Source: Octopus sinensis (lineage: Eukaryota). Taken from it: a DNA stretch of 64,000 bases. Positions 14,076 to 28,343 of the stretch are shown here, piece by piece (position 1 is the stretch's first letter; each line of letters begins with the position of its first letter). The stretch lies in contig NC_042998.1 in assembly GCF_006345805.1 (NCBI RefSeq), positions 157,914,001 through 157,978,000 of the forward strand. Direction: 5' to 3'. A program made the translations under genes and the position numbers. Under the pieces are notes generated by a model. It did no database searches. It was not told where the DNA came from and saw only the letters and a program-made list of their open reading frames with translations.

Positions 14076-14524
14076 ATAGAGACAGAAACGTTAGTGGGCT
14101 GTTATGTAGATGCATGTATGTGTGTGTGTGTGTATACGTATATATATATATGCACATGTATGTAGGTAAATGGATATGGATGTAAACAGATAGATTTACA
14201 GACGTCAAGGTACACAGGTAATATGAACAGACAAGCACACACACATATACGCAAATGAAGAATGAAACACATCACCATATACATACACACGCACACGAAC
14301 ATACATGCACACACACACTTACATGCATGCATATATTCATACATATATATATATACATACATACATGTGTATGCGCACATGTAATAAGAAAAAGGGTGGA
14401 AGCTTTACCGGTGAGTGTGTTAAATAATAAGGCACTAAAAGAGAATAACTCTCCCCACACACAACAAAATATGCTTCAACACCCAAACTCACATTAGGAA
14501 TATTGCATACCAAATCCGAAAGCG

Positions 14525-14573
<49 letters not shown>

Positions 14574-14641
14574 CTTATAAGACAACAGGCCTGTGAAGAG
14601 GATTTCTCTCATAAAAACTACAGTATCATGCATTTCAGCAG

Positions 14642-14691
<50 letters not shown>

Positions 14692-14819
14692 AATATAATT
14701 AAAATAAAAATTAAAATAAAATAAAATATTTGATATATTCTCTCTCACCTCTGCCACTACCTGGCATATTGAGGTGCTTACACTTATCAAGTATTCCCCC
14801 TAAATTTACAGTACCTACT

Positions 14820-14888
<69 letters not shown>

Positions 14889-16059
14889 CAAATATAACTC
14901 ATAGGTGGCTATTTTAATATAATGCTATTTATGTTGTGTAAGCACATACACACACATACGCACAGAAACACAGACACACACACACACACACACAAACGCT
15001 CACGCACAAACAACCTACATACACAGATATTCCTAGATGATAATACGCAAAATGCAGGATTTTCACACAAAAGAAAAAAATTCAACCAGCTAGCACATAA
15101 CGCACATATTACAAATAAAATCTGTTAGCAGAACGGTAAAAATATGCAAGTCTTTTGTCAAGTTCAAAATTTGAATTTATTTTTCGTATCTACGTTCCAA
15201 CGATAGTGTTTGTATCTTTGTTACAAACCAATTCTTTCTTTACTGGAAGATTCAAGATATTAAGAATAGAAACAAGCATACATCATATATACATATTTTT
15301 ATAAGGAAAAACACTTGCTTGATTTACACGCAATGACAGGAATGTCGTTACTACGTGGTTGCAAAGCAAACTTCTTAGATATTCGGTCACAGTGGGTGTA
15401 GTAGGAGTAGGAGTAATAGTAGTAGCTGGAGGAGGAAGAAGAAGAAGAGGAGGAGAGGAGAAGGAAGAAGTGTAGAAGTAAAACAAAGAAGAAGAAAAAG
15501 AATGAAAGAAGAAAAAGAACAGATGAAGACCAACAATAACAACAATAAATGATAATTTCAATAGCAATCATAACCATATCATCAACAAGAAACGAGAGCT
15601 ACAGCAAAAACAAAAATATGCACCAAAATCTTTTGTTTATTAGCTTTTGATGTTTATCACTCTTGCAAATTTTACATGAGGTCTGCAAGATTCAGTAAGT
15701 ATTTCGTTTGTGGACACGCGTTGAAACCTCCGCTGATTAAAGTGTGTTATAAAGTAATTTATAATAAACATTTCTGCGGTGATGCTGTAATTTCAGGAGA
15801 TAGATCAATAAACCTGAGATCTGACCCGTTTCTTGTTCTCACTTATACATTTGTCAATTTAATATTTTCATTTCAAATGTAACCTGGAGTTTAACATTGC
15901 GAAATCTCATGCGTAGTGATCTAATGATTTGCATTCTAGTACAAGAATACGACATAGAAGTCTTCAGGACATTCAGAAATCATATATTCCTCCGTATACA
16001 TCATCACACTTTCTTGCACGACACCAATGACATTAATAATCCTTTCTTTATATCAATAA

Positions 16060-16160
16060 TCCTTTCTATTTAGGTACAAGGCCGGAAAATTTGGAGAGGA
16101 GCTAGTCGATTAGATCGCTCCCAGTGCTCAACTGATACATATTTTATCGACTCCGGAAGA
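16060..16160 (-). mobile_element. SINE family B 3' fragment
   Basis: gtcgattagatcgctcccagtgctcaactgatacatattttatcgactccgga matches the reverse complement of the 58774 family. Confidence 0.65.
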
Positions 16161-16360
16161 TTGACGTACACTTTATCCAGGGGAAAATATCTTTTCCCGC
16201 TGGATAACTACACGTTATTTATTGTGAGCAAGCGAGCGAACCACTTCCACTCCAGCAAAGTAAAACCAGTTGTTTCTGGGTTTCTTCCTGCTTTCAGTAC
16301 TGGACGTTTGCCTACTAGAGATGACGGCCATTCGTCTCCCTACTCGCGATATATATATAT

Positions 16361-16396
<36 letters not shown>

Positions 16397-16398
<2 letters not shown>

Positions 16399-16870
16399 AG
16401 TAAACAAATGGCACAACGAAGCACCGATATTTACTGGAAAATAGCGAACGTAATAAATACGACGCTAATGTATAGCTTCACTGCGTATGTACTAGTAAAG
16501 ATGCGTGTGTGCAACAAACATGAAAAGAATTGTCTTACCTCTAGGAAGAACATCTGAAAAATGAAAAACCTAGAAACGGATAATGCAGTACCGATTTCAG
16601 ATTCTTCAAAATACGTTTGCCAACGTATATCTGATTTATCTTCATCAGCTGCATATACCTCGACAATATTTCAAATGTTGCCACATATATGCCAGTACAC
16701 TCGTCTGGACGCCAAAACGTTAACATAACGAGAACAGTGAAGAAGTTTCAATGAAAATAGTAATGCAATATTTTAGTACATACGAGTGAAGCTATACATT
16801 AGCGTCGTATTTATTACGTTCGCTATTTTCCAGTAAATATCGGTGCTTCGTTGTGCCATTTATTTACTTT
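16397..16870. repeat. Inverted repeat (~100-bp arms, 16397-16500 and 16765-16870) enclosing a hammerhead ribozyme; PLE pseudo-LTR structure
   Basis: aagtaaacaaatggcacaacgaagcaccgatatttactggaaaatagcgaacgtaataaatacgacgctaatgtatagcttcac pairs with a near-exact reverse complement. Confidence 0.9.
16583..16654 (-). ncRNA. Type I hammerhead ribozyme, canonical core, extended stem II
   Basis: Minus strand: atgcag CTGATGA agat-[aaatcagatatacgttggcaaacgtattttgaaga]-atct GAAA tcgg TA ctgcat. Confidence 0.8.
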
Positions 16871-18309
16871 TATATGTATAGTTTTACCCTCACGGGCTAT
16901 CCTTTACTGGAAAGCAATGCTCTCGTATTGCATTACTATTTTCATATATATATATATATATATGCACAGAGAGAGAGAGAGAGAAAGAAAGAGAGGGGGG
17001 AGGGTAAGAGAGATCGACTGGGGTCTCTTCTGCTATGATCTCATGTTAGCGGATACCTTACTGTGTTGGGTTTTGCTGAATGTCTTTATACATGTGTATG
17101 TATGTGTGTGTGAGTGGGTGTAAGCGTGTATGCCTCTATGTACGCTTAAATTTCTGTGGTTGTCATCTTCTTTATTTCTCGCAATACAGCAGTTAGAAAG
17201 CAAAAATCTATAAAGTAAGTATCAAGTTAGTTCTAGTGCAGAAGTCTATGCAATTCACGCAAGATTTTGAAGGCAATAATTCGGCATCGTGGGAGTGGAT
17301 TATTGAAACTTGTAAAAGGATAAAGAATATATTTGTTTTGAAGCGAGGTAGATGTACATTATTTGTTTACTGTAGATTAAATCAGCTAACAAGGATCTGT
17401 CAGTAATTAACTTTATATATTTATCATATACATATCAAAATATATGAAAGAAATTCCGACGTACATTCTCGATTGTAAATTTATATTCTTTGATGTATGT
17501 AAATGAACAAAATGAACTGCTCAAAGTATCACATTTTATTCGTATTTTTGAGAAATAATGAAAGAAAATATGCAACTAAAGCAATAATTAATTAATAATT
17601 AGATGTCCACCTCTATTTCTACGACTTATTGTCAATGAAACTTCTTATAATCAAGCAGAATCATTGAAAAAGTTCACAGGAGCCTCCACCTAATTGGTAA
17701 AAATATTGCCTCATCATATTCTTTATGATTATTTATTCTTCATTAATGATCTTGTTAAAAGTGTCCCCGTAATTTCAAAGACGACTCAGAACTTGAGTTC
17801 GAGATGGCTAATCGATAACTTTAAACTCTTCAATTGCAAGAAACACCTTCAAACATCTGTATATATTTGAATAATCTTAATAGCCACACCTCTAGTCATT
17901 TTAGATGTTTCTTCATTGCGACTTTGTCGTTTCCTCTATTACGAAATCCTTCAATTCCACTAGACAACACACGCCGTGACTGCGAAAGGTTTTCTGATGT
18001 TCTGTATATTACATGAGAGCTGTCATGAACGCGGAAGTGTTCTACATAACAGCACTTAACTGTCTTTGCTAATGGAATTGTGACTCCATCTGAAAACCAA
18101 ATCTTTTACCGAAGGTTAGTCTCTACGGACAATAACCCTTCTGTTCTATTTAATTGTCAACAAATCTCTCTTACTCCCCCCCTCTCTCTCTCTTTCAGTC
18201 TTTCTTTTGTTCTACCTTCCTTTCGTTCTATCTCACTCTCTTTCCTCCTCCTATGTGTGTGTATGTGTGTGCGTGTATATATGATTGTGTATATATATAT
18301 ATATATAAA

Positions 18310-18535
18310 TATAATTGAAATTTCCAGAAAAACAAAAGACGAAGACAGGTGTATAAACAACAAGCAGGTGTATTACTTTGATGCTCGGGAAGTGGAGAAA
18401 GTCTTTTACGTTTCGAGCCTACACTCTTCAACAGAAAGGAACACGAGGAAATAAACAGAGAGAAAAAAAAAAAACTTTGGATTTAGCGGTAAATCATGGT
18501 GACTGGTTAGAAAAAAGAAGTTGGACAGGAGAGCT
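18310..18535 (-). mobile_element. PLE pseudo-LTR family C (solo) with HHR motif at 18403-18438
   Basis: Homologous to 39797-39980, 48660-48850 and 61117-61330. Minus strand: cttt CTGTTGA a gag-tgtagg-ctc GAAA cg TA aaag. Confidence 0.75.
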
Positions 18536-19865
18536 AGGAAACATACACACACACACACACATACACACACACACATACACACATATGCGTACATACATAT
18601 ATACATACATATTTGGTTGTGTGTGTGTATGTATATATATATATACATACTGTAGTTGTCACGATGCAAGATTTGTGTTGAGTTATCTTCTCTTAGATGA
18701 ACAGTTAAAGAGCTAAAGTGACTCATTTGCCGCAGGAGCGTTGGTGTGTTTTTTGAGTGACCCTCTGTCTGAGGCAATTTCATGGCATGCTAATTAAACC
18801 ATTGCCCCTTACATGACAGGTGCTATTCCTCCGGGTCAGAATACACCTGAGAACAATAATAGTTAAGGGGTGGCCCCACATTCCACAAATGTCTGGAACT
18901 CCCGAACCGGAGCCCTACTACACTACCGAACGCATTTTAAAGTCATAAGCAGGACATTTATATATATGTAAATACATACATACGTACATGCACACATACA
19001 TGCATACACATAGAAATAGCTATTGTCTACGGATAACTGATTCAAAACGCACATGTCAACACGGATAAGAAATTCACATTTATACTAATAAATACCAGTA
19101 TACTTCGCTGTTAGAAAAAGTGTAAATGGTATGCTTAAGCACGTGAGATTCTTTCAAGCAATTTCTAAACACAACCTGTATATTTCGGAAACCTTTGTTT
19201 ACTGTTACTTTCACCAAAAAGTGAATTCTTCCATCAGAAAACTGGTTTCTGATAAACAACGAGGTTATATAAATTACTGATCATAAAAATCTTCGATTTT
19301 TCTCTCGATGTGATCGCGGAGGAATTTTTCAATCAAATAATGAGAAATAGTTGATTTCATTAGTGTTGAGCATAAACAAAAAAAAAGCTCGAGAATTTTT
19401 TAAGAATAATTGATCCACGAAAATAAACGATAGTACCACGTCGGTTTTCTGCAACATTTCAAATAGCGGGTCAATTTTATACACACATTTCGTTGTACTG
19501 TACTTGTTTATCGTATGAATTTGATATGTAGTATATATATATAATTATATATATATATATATATATAATAATAAATGAAATAAAACATATGCATATATAT
19601 AAATATATATGTACGTACCTACCTCTACATGTACATATACACGCATATATGAGTACAAGACACCAAAGGGACGTCGAACACAAAGCGAAACGAAAACATA
19701 GACACAAACCAAAGGAACTGGACATTTTTTAAAAACAACAACAAAATGGAGTACAGGACAATTAACACAAAGAAAAAACCCTTCTTCAGTCGCTATGGTT
19801 TCCATCTACTCTACATATATATATATAATAATATATATATTATATATATATATATATACATTTTT

Positions 19866-20258
19866 TTTTATTATTTCAGTCATTTGACTGCGGCCATGCT
19901 GGAGCACCGCCTTTAATTGAGCAACTCGACCCCGGGACTTATTCTTTGTAAGCCCAGTACTTATTCTATCGGTCTCTTTTGCCGAACCGCTAAGTGACGG
20001 GGACATAAACACACCAGCATAGATAGTCAAGCAATGCTAGGGGAACAAACACAAACATACACGCACACACACATATACATATATATACATATATACGACG
20101 GGCTTCTTTCAGTTTCCGTCTACCAAATCCACTCACAAGGCTTTGGCCGGCCCGAGGCAATAGTAGAAGACACTTGCCCAAGGTGCCACGCAGTGGGACT
20201 GAACCCGGTAGCATGTGGTTGGTAAACAAGCTACTTACCACACAGCCACTCCTGCGCC
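19866..20258 (-). mobile_element. tRNA-derived SINE family A, well preserved
   Basis: Reverse complement reads ggcgcaggagtggctgtgtggtaagtagcttg...ccgggttcagtcccactgcgtggcaccttgggcaagtgtc. Confidence 0.9.
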
Positions 20259-20311
20259 TATACATACATAATACATATATACATGAATAGATATACGTGC
20301 AGACTCAATTT

Positions 20312-20748
20312 TTATGTTTAATGGTTTCAGTCATAGCACTACATAGGGTTTCACTTGTTAAAATCCGCTACTTATTCTCATAGTCTTTTTCCCGAACCGT
20401 TAAAGTAAACAATCCGGTTCTGATTTTCAAGCGGTGGTGGGGGACAAAATCAAACTCAAACGCACGCACACACGCACGCACATACATGCACACTTACATA
20501 CGACAGACATCTGTCAGATTTTATTAACCAAATCTACCCGCAAGGTTTTGTCTATAGGGGCTATAGTAGGAGATTCTTGGAAAGCTTGTTCCCTGGCTGC
20601 TCAGTGACGAGTATAGCTGTAACAAACCACGTGAGCATCAAACCTGTCTCTCATCCTATATAGACTTGCCCAAGATACCACACAGTTGTTTGAAACTGGA
20701 ACCATATTGTTGGGAAGGAAACTTCTTACCAAAAAGCTTCTCCTGCCC
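20312..20748 (-). mobile_element. Degenerate SINE family A with a ~90-bp insertion
   Basis: ctatagtag...gacttgcccaagatacc...cttacc...tcctgccc homology, interrupted at ~20575-20662. Confidence 0.6.
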
Positions 20749-20851
20749 ACACTCATACACACGTATATATTGTTATACTTGGGGATGATTTCACATCAAT
20801 AATCTTGCAAAACAAACATAACATGTGTGTGCATATATATATATATATATA

Positions 20852-20883
<32 letters not shown>

Positions 20884-20979
20884 AGTATTTTATAAGCTTA
20901 AAGTGATCACCGCGCAATGACTAAAGAAAATAGTCTAATAATGGGGTATATAAACCTTTACCTGAAAACAGTACGTTTT

Positions 20980-21055
20980 CCGTATGCGTGGTACTCGAAC
21001 CCACACCTCTTTGTTTGCACGATCAAGTGTGCTGCCGATTACACTAGCGAACCCA
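20980..21055 (-). mobile_element. tRNA-like SINE head or tRNA pseudogene
   Basis: Reverse complement: gggttcgc TAGTGTAATCGG cagcaca...gt GGGTTCGAGTACC. A and B boxes are present, but the acceptor stem does not pair. Confidence 0.55.
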
Positions 21056-21268
21056 CCTGCTTTTTTTCTGTAAAATTTGAGAACTATAATTAATCCGTAA
21101 TTGCTTTTGTAAGCAAATTTCATGTGGTTTTACTGCGAATGTTTTTTTAATGAATGTCGATTTTAACAATTCTGTAACTGATATTAATAGCATTTAGAAA
21201 ATACGATTATTATTATTTACAGAATTGTAAAATTCGACAGTGCTTATATGTATGAATGTATATGTATG

Positions 21269-21353
<85 letters not shown>

Positions 21354-21709
21354 ATATATGTATATATATATATATATATAATAGAGAGAGAGATTATGAG
21401 AGGTAATGGTGTCAATAAGACCCAAAGGTGTCAGGTAATGCTGAGTAAGTGCTATGGACAGACCATAGTTATGCTCCAGTTTCAGTGATTATGCGAATAA
21501 GGAGTCCAACATATTGGAATGACCAATTTTGAATACGATTCAAATTCACTCGCAAGTTATTGGTATTTTATATGTATACGATTCTGCCTAAATAATGGAT
21601 CTACAAATATAATATCCCTGCATGTCTCACATCTATTTTCATTCCTCCACTTCACTCACTATTTCATATCTTACCTAAATTAACTATTGCTTAACCATTT
21701 TCTTACACC

Positions 21710-21758
21710 GTCTCCGATGAATGGGTGCAGAAAAATATCCCGGAGACAGCTGTAAGAC
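21710..21758 (+). ncRNA. Degenerate type I hammerhead (CCGATGA core, GAAA>GAGA)
   Basis: gtct CCGATGA at ggg...ccc g GAGA cagctg TA agac, with palindromic stem III acagctgt. Confidence 0.5.
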
Positions 21759-21879
21759 ATATTTATAAATGTTCTAAAATCTTCACAACCTGGTTTTTTA
21801 TCTCATTCTGAAAATAAAATTATAGACATATACATACAATATATATATATATATATATATTTATTTATTATATAGAAGG

Positions 21880-21930
21880 AGCTTCTACAGGACTAGAACT
21901 GTTTCATTCAAGAGAAATCTTCAGGAAGCT
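21880..21930 (-). ncRNA. Type I hammerhead ribozyme (family D)
   Basis: Minus strand: agcttc CTGAAGA t-ttc-tctt-gaa-t GAAA cag-ttctagtc-ctg TA gaagct. Confidence 0.8.
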
Positions 21931-22099
21931 AGTTAACAAGAATTGTATTGGCCTTTATACATTTAGGCAGGTTTAAAGGGGTGTTGGTGGGGGACTTTTA
22001 GGGGGTAGGCATAGCGCAAAAAATCATACTTGGGGGAGTGGTCAAGGAGTCAGTGTTAAATTAGATAGGAGAATAAATAAAAAATAAAAAATAAAAAAT

Positions 22100-22130
<31 letters not shown>

Positions 22131-22239
22131 TATAGAAAAAAAATAAAAAATAAAAAATAAAAATAGAAAATAGAAAATAAAAAAATATAAAAAAATAAAA
22201 AAATAAAAAAATAAAAATAAAAATAAAAAAATAAAAAAA

Positions 22240-22284
<45 letters not shown>

Positions 22285-22985
22285 GGGGTAAAGGGGGGAA
22301 TAGAGTTTTAGGTAAATAAGGAGATTCTCACTTATACCTCTACACATACACACATATATATACAATCACACATACATATACATATCTACACATACACATA
22401 TATGTATACATACACACACTCACTTGCATACACGTATACACACAGTATATATACACACATGTATATATACACACACGACCACACATACATATACACATAT
22501 ATATACATACACATATATATATATATATACACACATATATATACATATGTGTACCCATGCATACCTACACATACACACATATATATATACATATACAAAT
22601 ACAGACCCATTCCCTAATTTTAATTTTATTATCTTCGTTTATTACTTTTGTTATCTTTGGCCGCTTGGTCACAAACATCTTGGCTATGACAGCCAGACCA
22701 TTTATCCGTCTACTGGGAAAACAATTACTCATTCACTCACGCACACTCTTTAGCACGTACACTCACTCATTCGTACACTCATACGCATACACGCACGCAC
22801 GCGTTATATTCATACATACATACATCTACATACATTCACGTATATACACATACGTACGCGTACCTACAGATTCATGTCACACTCTTAGAAGGCTAGTCTA
22901 TACATATACACAATAAATATAAATACACACACATACATGTACACCTACATACAAATACATACATGTACATATATATATATATATA

Positions 22986-23019
<34 letters not shown>

Positions 23020-23146
23020 CGCGTACCTACAGATTCATGTCTACACTCTAGAAGGCTAGTCTATACATATACACCCATAAGTATAAATACACACACACTA
23101 CATACATGTACACCTACATACAAATACATACATGTACATATATACA

Positions 23147-23195
<49 letters not shown>

Positions 23196-23391
23196 ATATA
23201 TACATATATATACATATTATATATTCATACTAACATGCATACTCAAAAAATAAGTAAATAGTAAATATATATACGCGCAGTATTCATACATGCATACTCA
23301 AAAAAAAATATTAAGTATATGTACGTGCAGTTACCTATTATATAGACGGATACATACATATAATAAACTTACACACATAGATATAATATAG

Positions 23392-23446
<55 letters not shown>

Positions 23447-23820
23447 CATACATACACACACATATATATAAATATATACATACACCACATACACCTACAT
23501 ATACACAACATACAAATACATATAATAATATTATATATATATAATATATTACACACACACACACACATACACATACATATACATACACATACATACATAT
23601 ATATACACATACCTACACATGTACATATAAATACACACATAGATAACTCTACGTACCTACACATACATAAACACACGAGCGTACGCGCATATGTACATAT
23701 ACATATACCCATGCACACGCATATATATACACACATACATACACATACACACATGTATACACACACACTCACATACACATATATATACATACACATATAT
23801 ATACACATATATATATATGT

Positions 23821-23865
<45 letters not shown>

Positions 23866-24176
23866 TACACACACACACATACACACACATATATATATAC
23901 ATGTGTGCAAACATACATACATTCTCATACAAGCACACACACTTACATTTACATATATACACACACTTACACACATATCTATACATACACACATACATAT
24001 ACACATACATATGCATACACACAAATATACATATATACATACATACATCTATACATATATACACACACACACACACACACGCACATACATATATATATAT
24101 ATATATATTATATATATACACACATATATATATATATATATATATACATATATATATGTGTGTATATATACATATA

Positions 24177-24217
<41 letters not shown>

Positions 24218-24436
24218 GCGTGTGTGTGTGTGTGTGTATATATGTATAGATGTATGTATGTATATATGTATATTTGTGTGTATGCATATGTATGTGTATA
24301 TGTATGTGTGTATGTATAGATATGTGTGTAAGTGTGTGTATATATGTAAATGTAAGTGTGTGTGCTTGTATGAGAATGTATGTATGTTTGCACACATGTA
24401 TATATATATGTGTGTGTATGTGTGTGTGTGTATGTA

Positions 24437-24489
<53 letters not shown>

Positions 24490-24844
24490 GTGTATATATA
24501 TGTGTATGTATATATATGTGTATGTGAGTGTTGTGTGTATACATGTGTGTATGTGTATGTATGTGTGTATATATATGCGTGTGCATGGGTTATATGTATA
24601 TGTACATATGCGCGTACGCTCGTGTGTTTATGTATGTGTAGGTACGTAGAGTTATCTATGTGTGTATTTATATGTACATGTGTAGGTATGTGTATATATA
24701 TGTATGTATGTGTATGTATATGTATGGTATGTGTGTGGTGTGTATATATATATATATATAATAATATATGTATGTATGTGTGTATGTGTATATGTAGGTG
24801 TATGTGTGTATGTATATATTTATATATATGTGTGTGTATGTATG

Positions 24845-24875
<31 letters not shown>

Positions 24876-24890
24876 TTATTATATAGAAGG

Positions 24891-24940
24891 AGCTTCTACA
24901 GGACTAGAACTGTTCATTCAAGAGAAATCTTCAGGAAGCT
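24891..24940 (-). ncRNA. Hammerhead family D copy (one A missing from GAAA)
   Basis: Same as the 21880 copy except tgttcattc versus tgtttcattc. This could be a homopolymer sequencing error. Confidence 0.55.
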
Positions 24941-26114
24941 AGTTAACAAGAATTGTATTGGCATTTATACATTTAGGCAGGTTTAAAGGGGTGTTGGTGG
25001 GGGACTTTTGGGGGTGGCATAGCGCAAAAATCATACTTGGGGGAGTGGTCAAGGAGTCAGTGTTAAATTAGATAGGAGAATAAATAAAAATAAAAAATAA
25101 AAATAAAAAATTAAAAAAATAAAAAAATAAAAAATAAAAATAGAAAATAATAAAATATAAAAATAATATAAAAAAAGTATTATAAAAATAAAAATAAAAA
25201 AAAAAAATTTTTTAAATAAAAAAATATTAAAAAAACAAAATATATATATATATATATATATAAAGGGGGGAATAGAGTTTTAGGTAAACAAGGAGATTCT
25301 CACTTATACCTCTACACATACACACATATATATACACTCACACATACATATACATATCTACACATACACATATATATGTATACATACACACACTCACTTG
25401 CATACACGTATACACACATGTATATATACACACACGACCACACATACATATACACAAAGAAAAATATATATATACATACACACACACACAATACTCACAT
25501 ACACGCATTCACACAAATCCATACACACACATGCACACACAGCACACTAGTCCCTATATACCATATATACACACCACACACATATACATACACCCACACA
25601 TACACATACATACAATATATATATACATACATACACATACATATACACATATATATACATACACATATATATATATACAACATATATATACACATATGTG
25701 TACCCATGCATACCTACACATACACACATATATATACACATATACAAATACAGACCCATTCCCTAATTTTAGTTTATTATCTTCGTTTATTACTTTTGTT
25801 ATCTTTGGCCGCTGGTCACAAACATCTTGGCTATGACAGCCAGACCATTTATCCGTCTACTGGAAAACAATTACTCATTCACTCACGCACACTCTTAAGC
25901 ACGTACACTCACTCATTCGTACACTCATACGCATACACGCACGCACGCGTTATATTCATACATACATACATCTACATACATTCACGTATATACACATACG
26001 TACGCGTACCTACAGATCATGTCTACACTCTTAGAAGGCTAGTCTATACATATACACCCATAAATATAAATACACACACATACATGTACACCTACATACA
26101 AATACATACATGTA

Positions 26115-26161
<47 letters not shown>

Positions 26162-26604
26162 CGCGTACCTACAGATTCATGTCTACACTCTTAGAAGGCT
26201 AGTCTATACATATACACCCATAAATATAAATACACACACATACATACATGTACACCTACATACAAATACATACATGTACATATATATATATTTTTATATA
26301 TTATTTTTTTTTATTTATTTATTTTTTTTTTTTTATTGTTTTGTTTTTTTTTATAATATTTTTTTTATATTATTTTTTTATATTTATTATTTTCTATTTT
26401 TATTTTTTATTTTTATTTTATTTTTTTTATTTTTTATTTTTATTTTTTTTTATTTTTTATTTATTCTCCTATCTAATTTAACACTGACTCCTTGACCACT
26501 CCCCCAAGTATGATTTTTTGCGCTATGCCTACCCCCAAAAAGTCCCCACCAACACCCCTTAAACCTGCCTAAATGTATAAATGCCAATACAATTCTTGTT
26601 AACT

Positions 26605-26654
26605 AGCTCTTGAAGATTTCTCTTGAATGAAACAGTTCTAGTCCTGTAGAAGCT
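26605..26654 (+). ncRNA. Hammerhead family D copy (stem I/core junction altered)
   Basis: agctct TGAAGA tttctcttgaat GAAA cagttctagtcctg TA gaagct. Confidence 0.55.
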
Positions 26655-26737
26655 CCTTCTATATAATAAATTAATTTTACTCTGCTATGTATTGAGTACC
26701 TTATTTACTGTGGTTAACCCCGAATCAACCCGGGACC

Positions 26738-26790
<53 letters not shown>

Positions 26791-26954
26791 ATGTGTGTAA
26801 GTTTATTATATGTATGTATCCGTCTATATAATAGGTAACTGCACGTACATATACTAATATTTATTTTTGAGTATGCATGTATGAATAACTGCGCGTATAT
26901 ATGTTACTATTTATATTTTTGAGTATGCATGTTAGTATGAATAATATATGTATA

Positions 26955-26999
<45 letters not shown>

Positions 27000-27145
27000 T
27001 ATATATATGTATATATGTACATGTATGTATTTGTATGTAGGTGTACATGTAGTATGTGTGTGTATTTATACTTATGGGTGTATATGTATAGACTAGCCTT
27101 CTAAGAGTGTAGACATGAATCTGTAGGTACGCGTATATATATATA

Positions 27146-27196
<51 letters not shown>

Positions 27197-28343
27197 TGTA
27201 TGTATTTGTATGTAGGTGTACATGTATGTGTGTGTATTTATATTTATTGGTGTATATGTATAGACTAGCCTTCTAAGAGTGTAGACATGAATCTGTAGGT
27301 ACGCGTACGTATGTGTATATACGTGAATGTATGTAGATGTATGTATGTATGAATATAACGCGTGGTGCGTGTATGCGTATGAGTGTACGAATGAGTGAGT
27401 GTACGTGCTAAAGAGTGTGCGTGAGTGAATGAGTAATTGTTTTCCAGTAGACGGATAAATGGTCTGGCTGTCATAGCCAAGATGTTTGTGACCAAGCGGC
27501 CAAAGATAACAAAAGTAATAAACGAAGATAATAAAATTAAAATTAGGGAATGGGTCTGTATTTGTATGTATATATATATGTGTGTATGTGTAGGTATGCA
27601 TGGGTACACATATGTATATATATGTGTGTATATATATATATATATATGTGTATGTATATATATGTGTATATGTATATGTAGTATGTATATATATGTGTAT
27701 GTATGTGTATGTGTGGGTGTTATATATATGTGTGTATGTGTATATATGTGTATATAGGGACTAGTGTGCTGTGTGTGCATGTGTGTGTATGGATTTGTGT
27801 GTGTATGCGTGTAGTGTATGTGAGTAGATGTGTGTGTGTGTATATATATATTTTTCTGTGTGTATATGTATGTGTGGTCGTGTGTGTATATATACATGTG
27901 TGTATATATACATGTGTGTATACGTGTATGCAAGTGAGTGTGTGTATGTATACATATATATGTGTATGTGTAGATATGTATATGTATGTGTGATTGTATA
28001 TATATGTGTGTAGTGTAGAGGTATAAGTGAGAATCTCCTTATTTACCTAAAACTCTATTCCCCCTATTTATATATATATATATTATATATATATATTATA
28101 TATATATATTTTTTTTTTATTTTTTTTTTTTATTTTTTTTTTATATTTTTTTTTTTATTTTCTATTTTTATTTTTTATTTTTTATTTTTTATATTTTATA
28201 TTTTTTTATTTTTATTTTTTATTTTTATTTTTATTTTTTATTTATTCTCCTATCTAATTTAACACTGACTCCTTGACCACTCCCCAAGTATGATTTTTTG
28301 CGCTATGCCTACCCCCTAAAAGTCCCCACCAACACCCCTTTAA

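Noticed and set aside
20597-20636. HHR-like insert inside a SINE (gctca gtgacga … aaac … tgagc)
   Set aside because: It lacks C3, G12 and the cleavage triplet.
20980-21055. Functional tRNA gene
   Set aside because: A and B boxes are present, but the acceptor and anticodon stems do not pair. It is treated as a SINE head.
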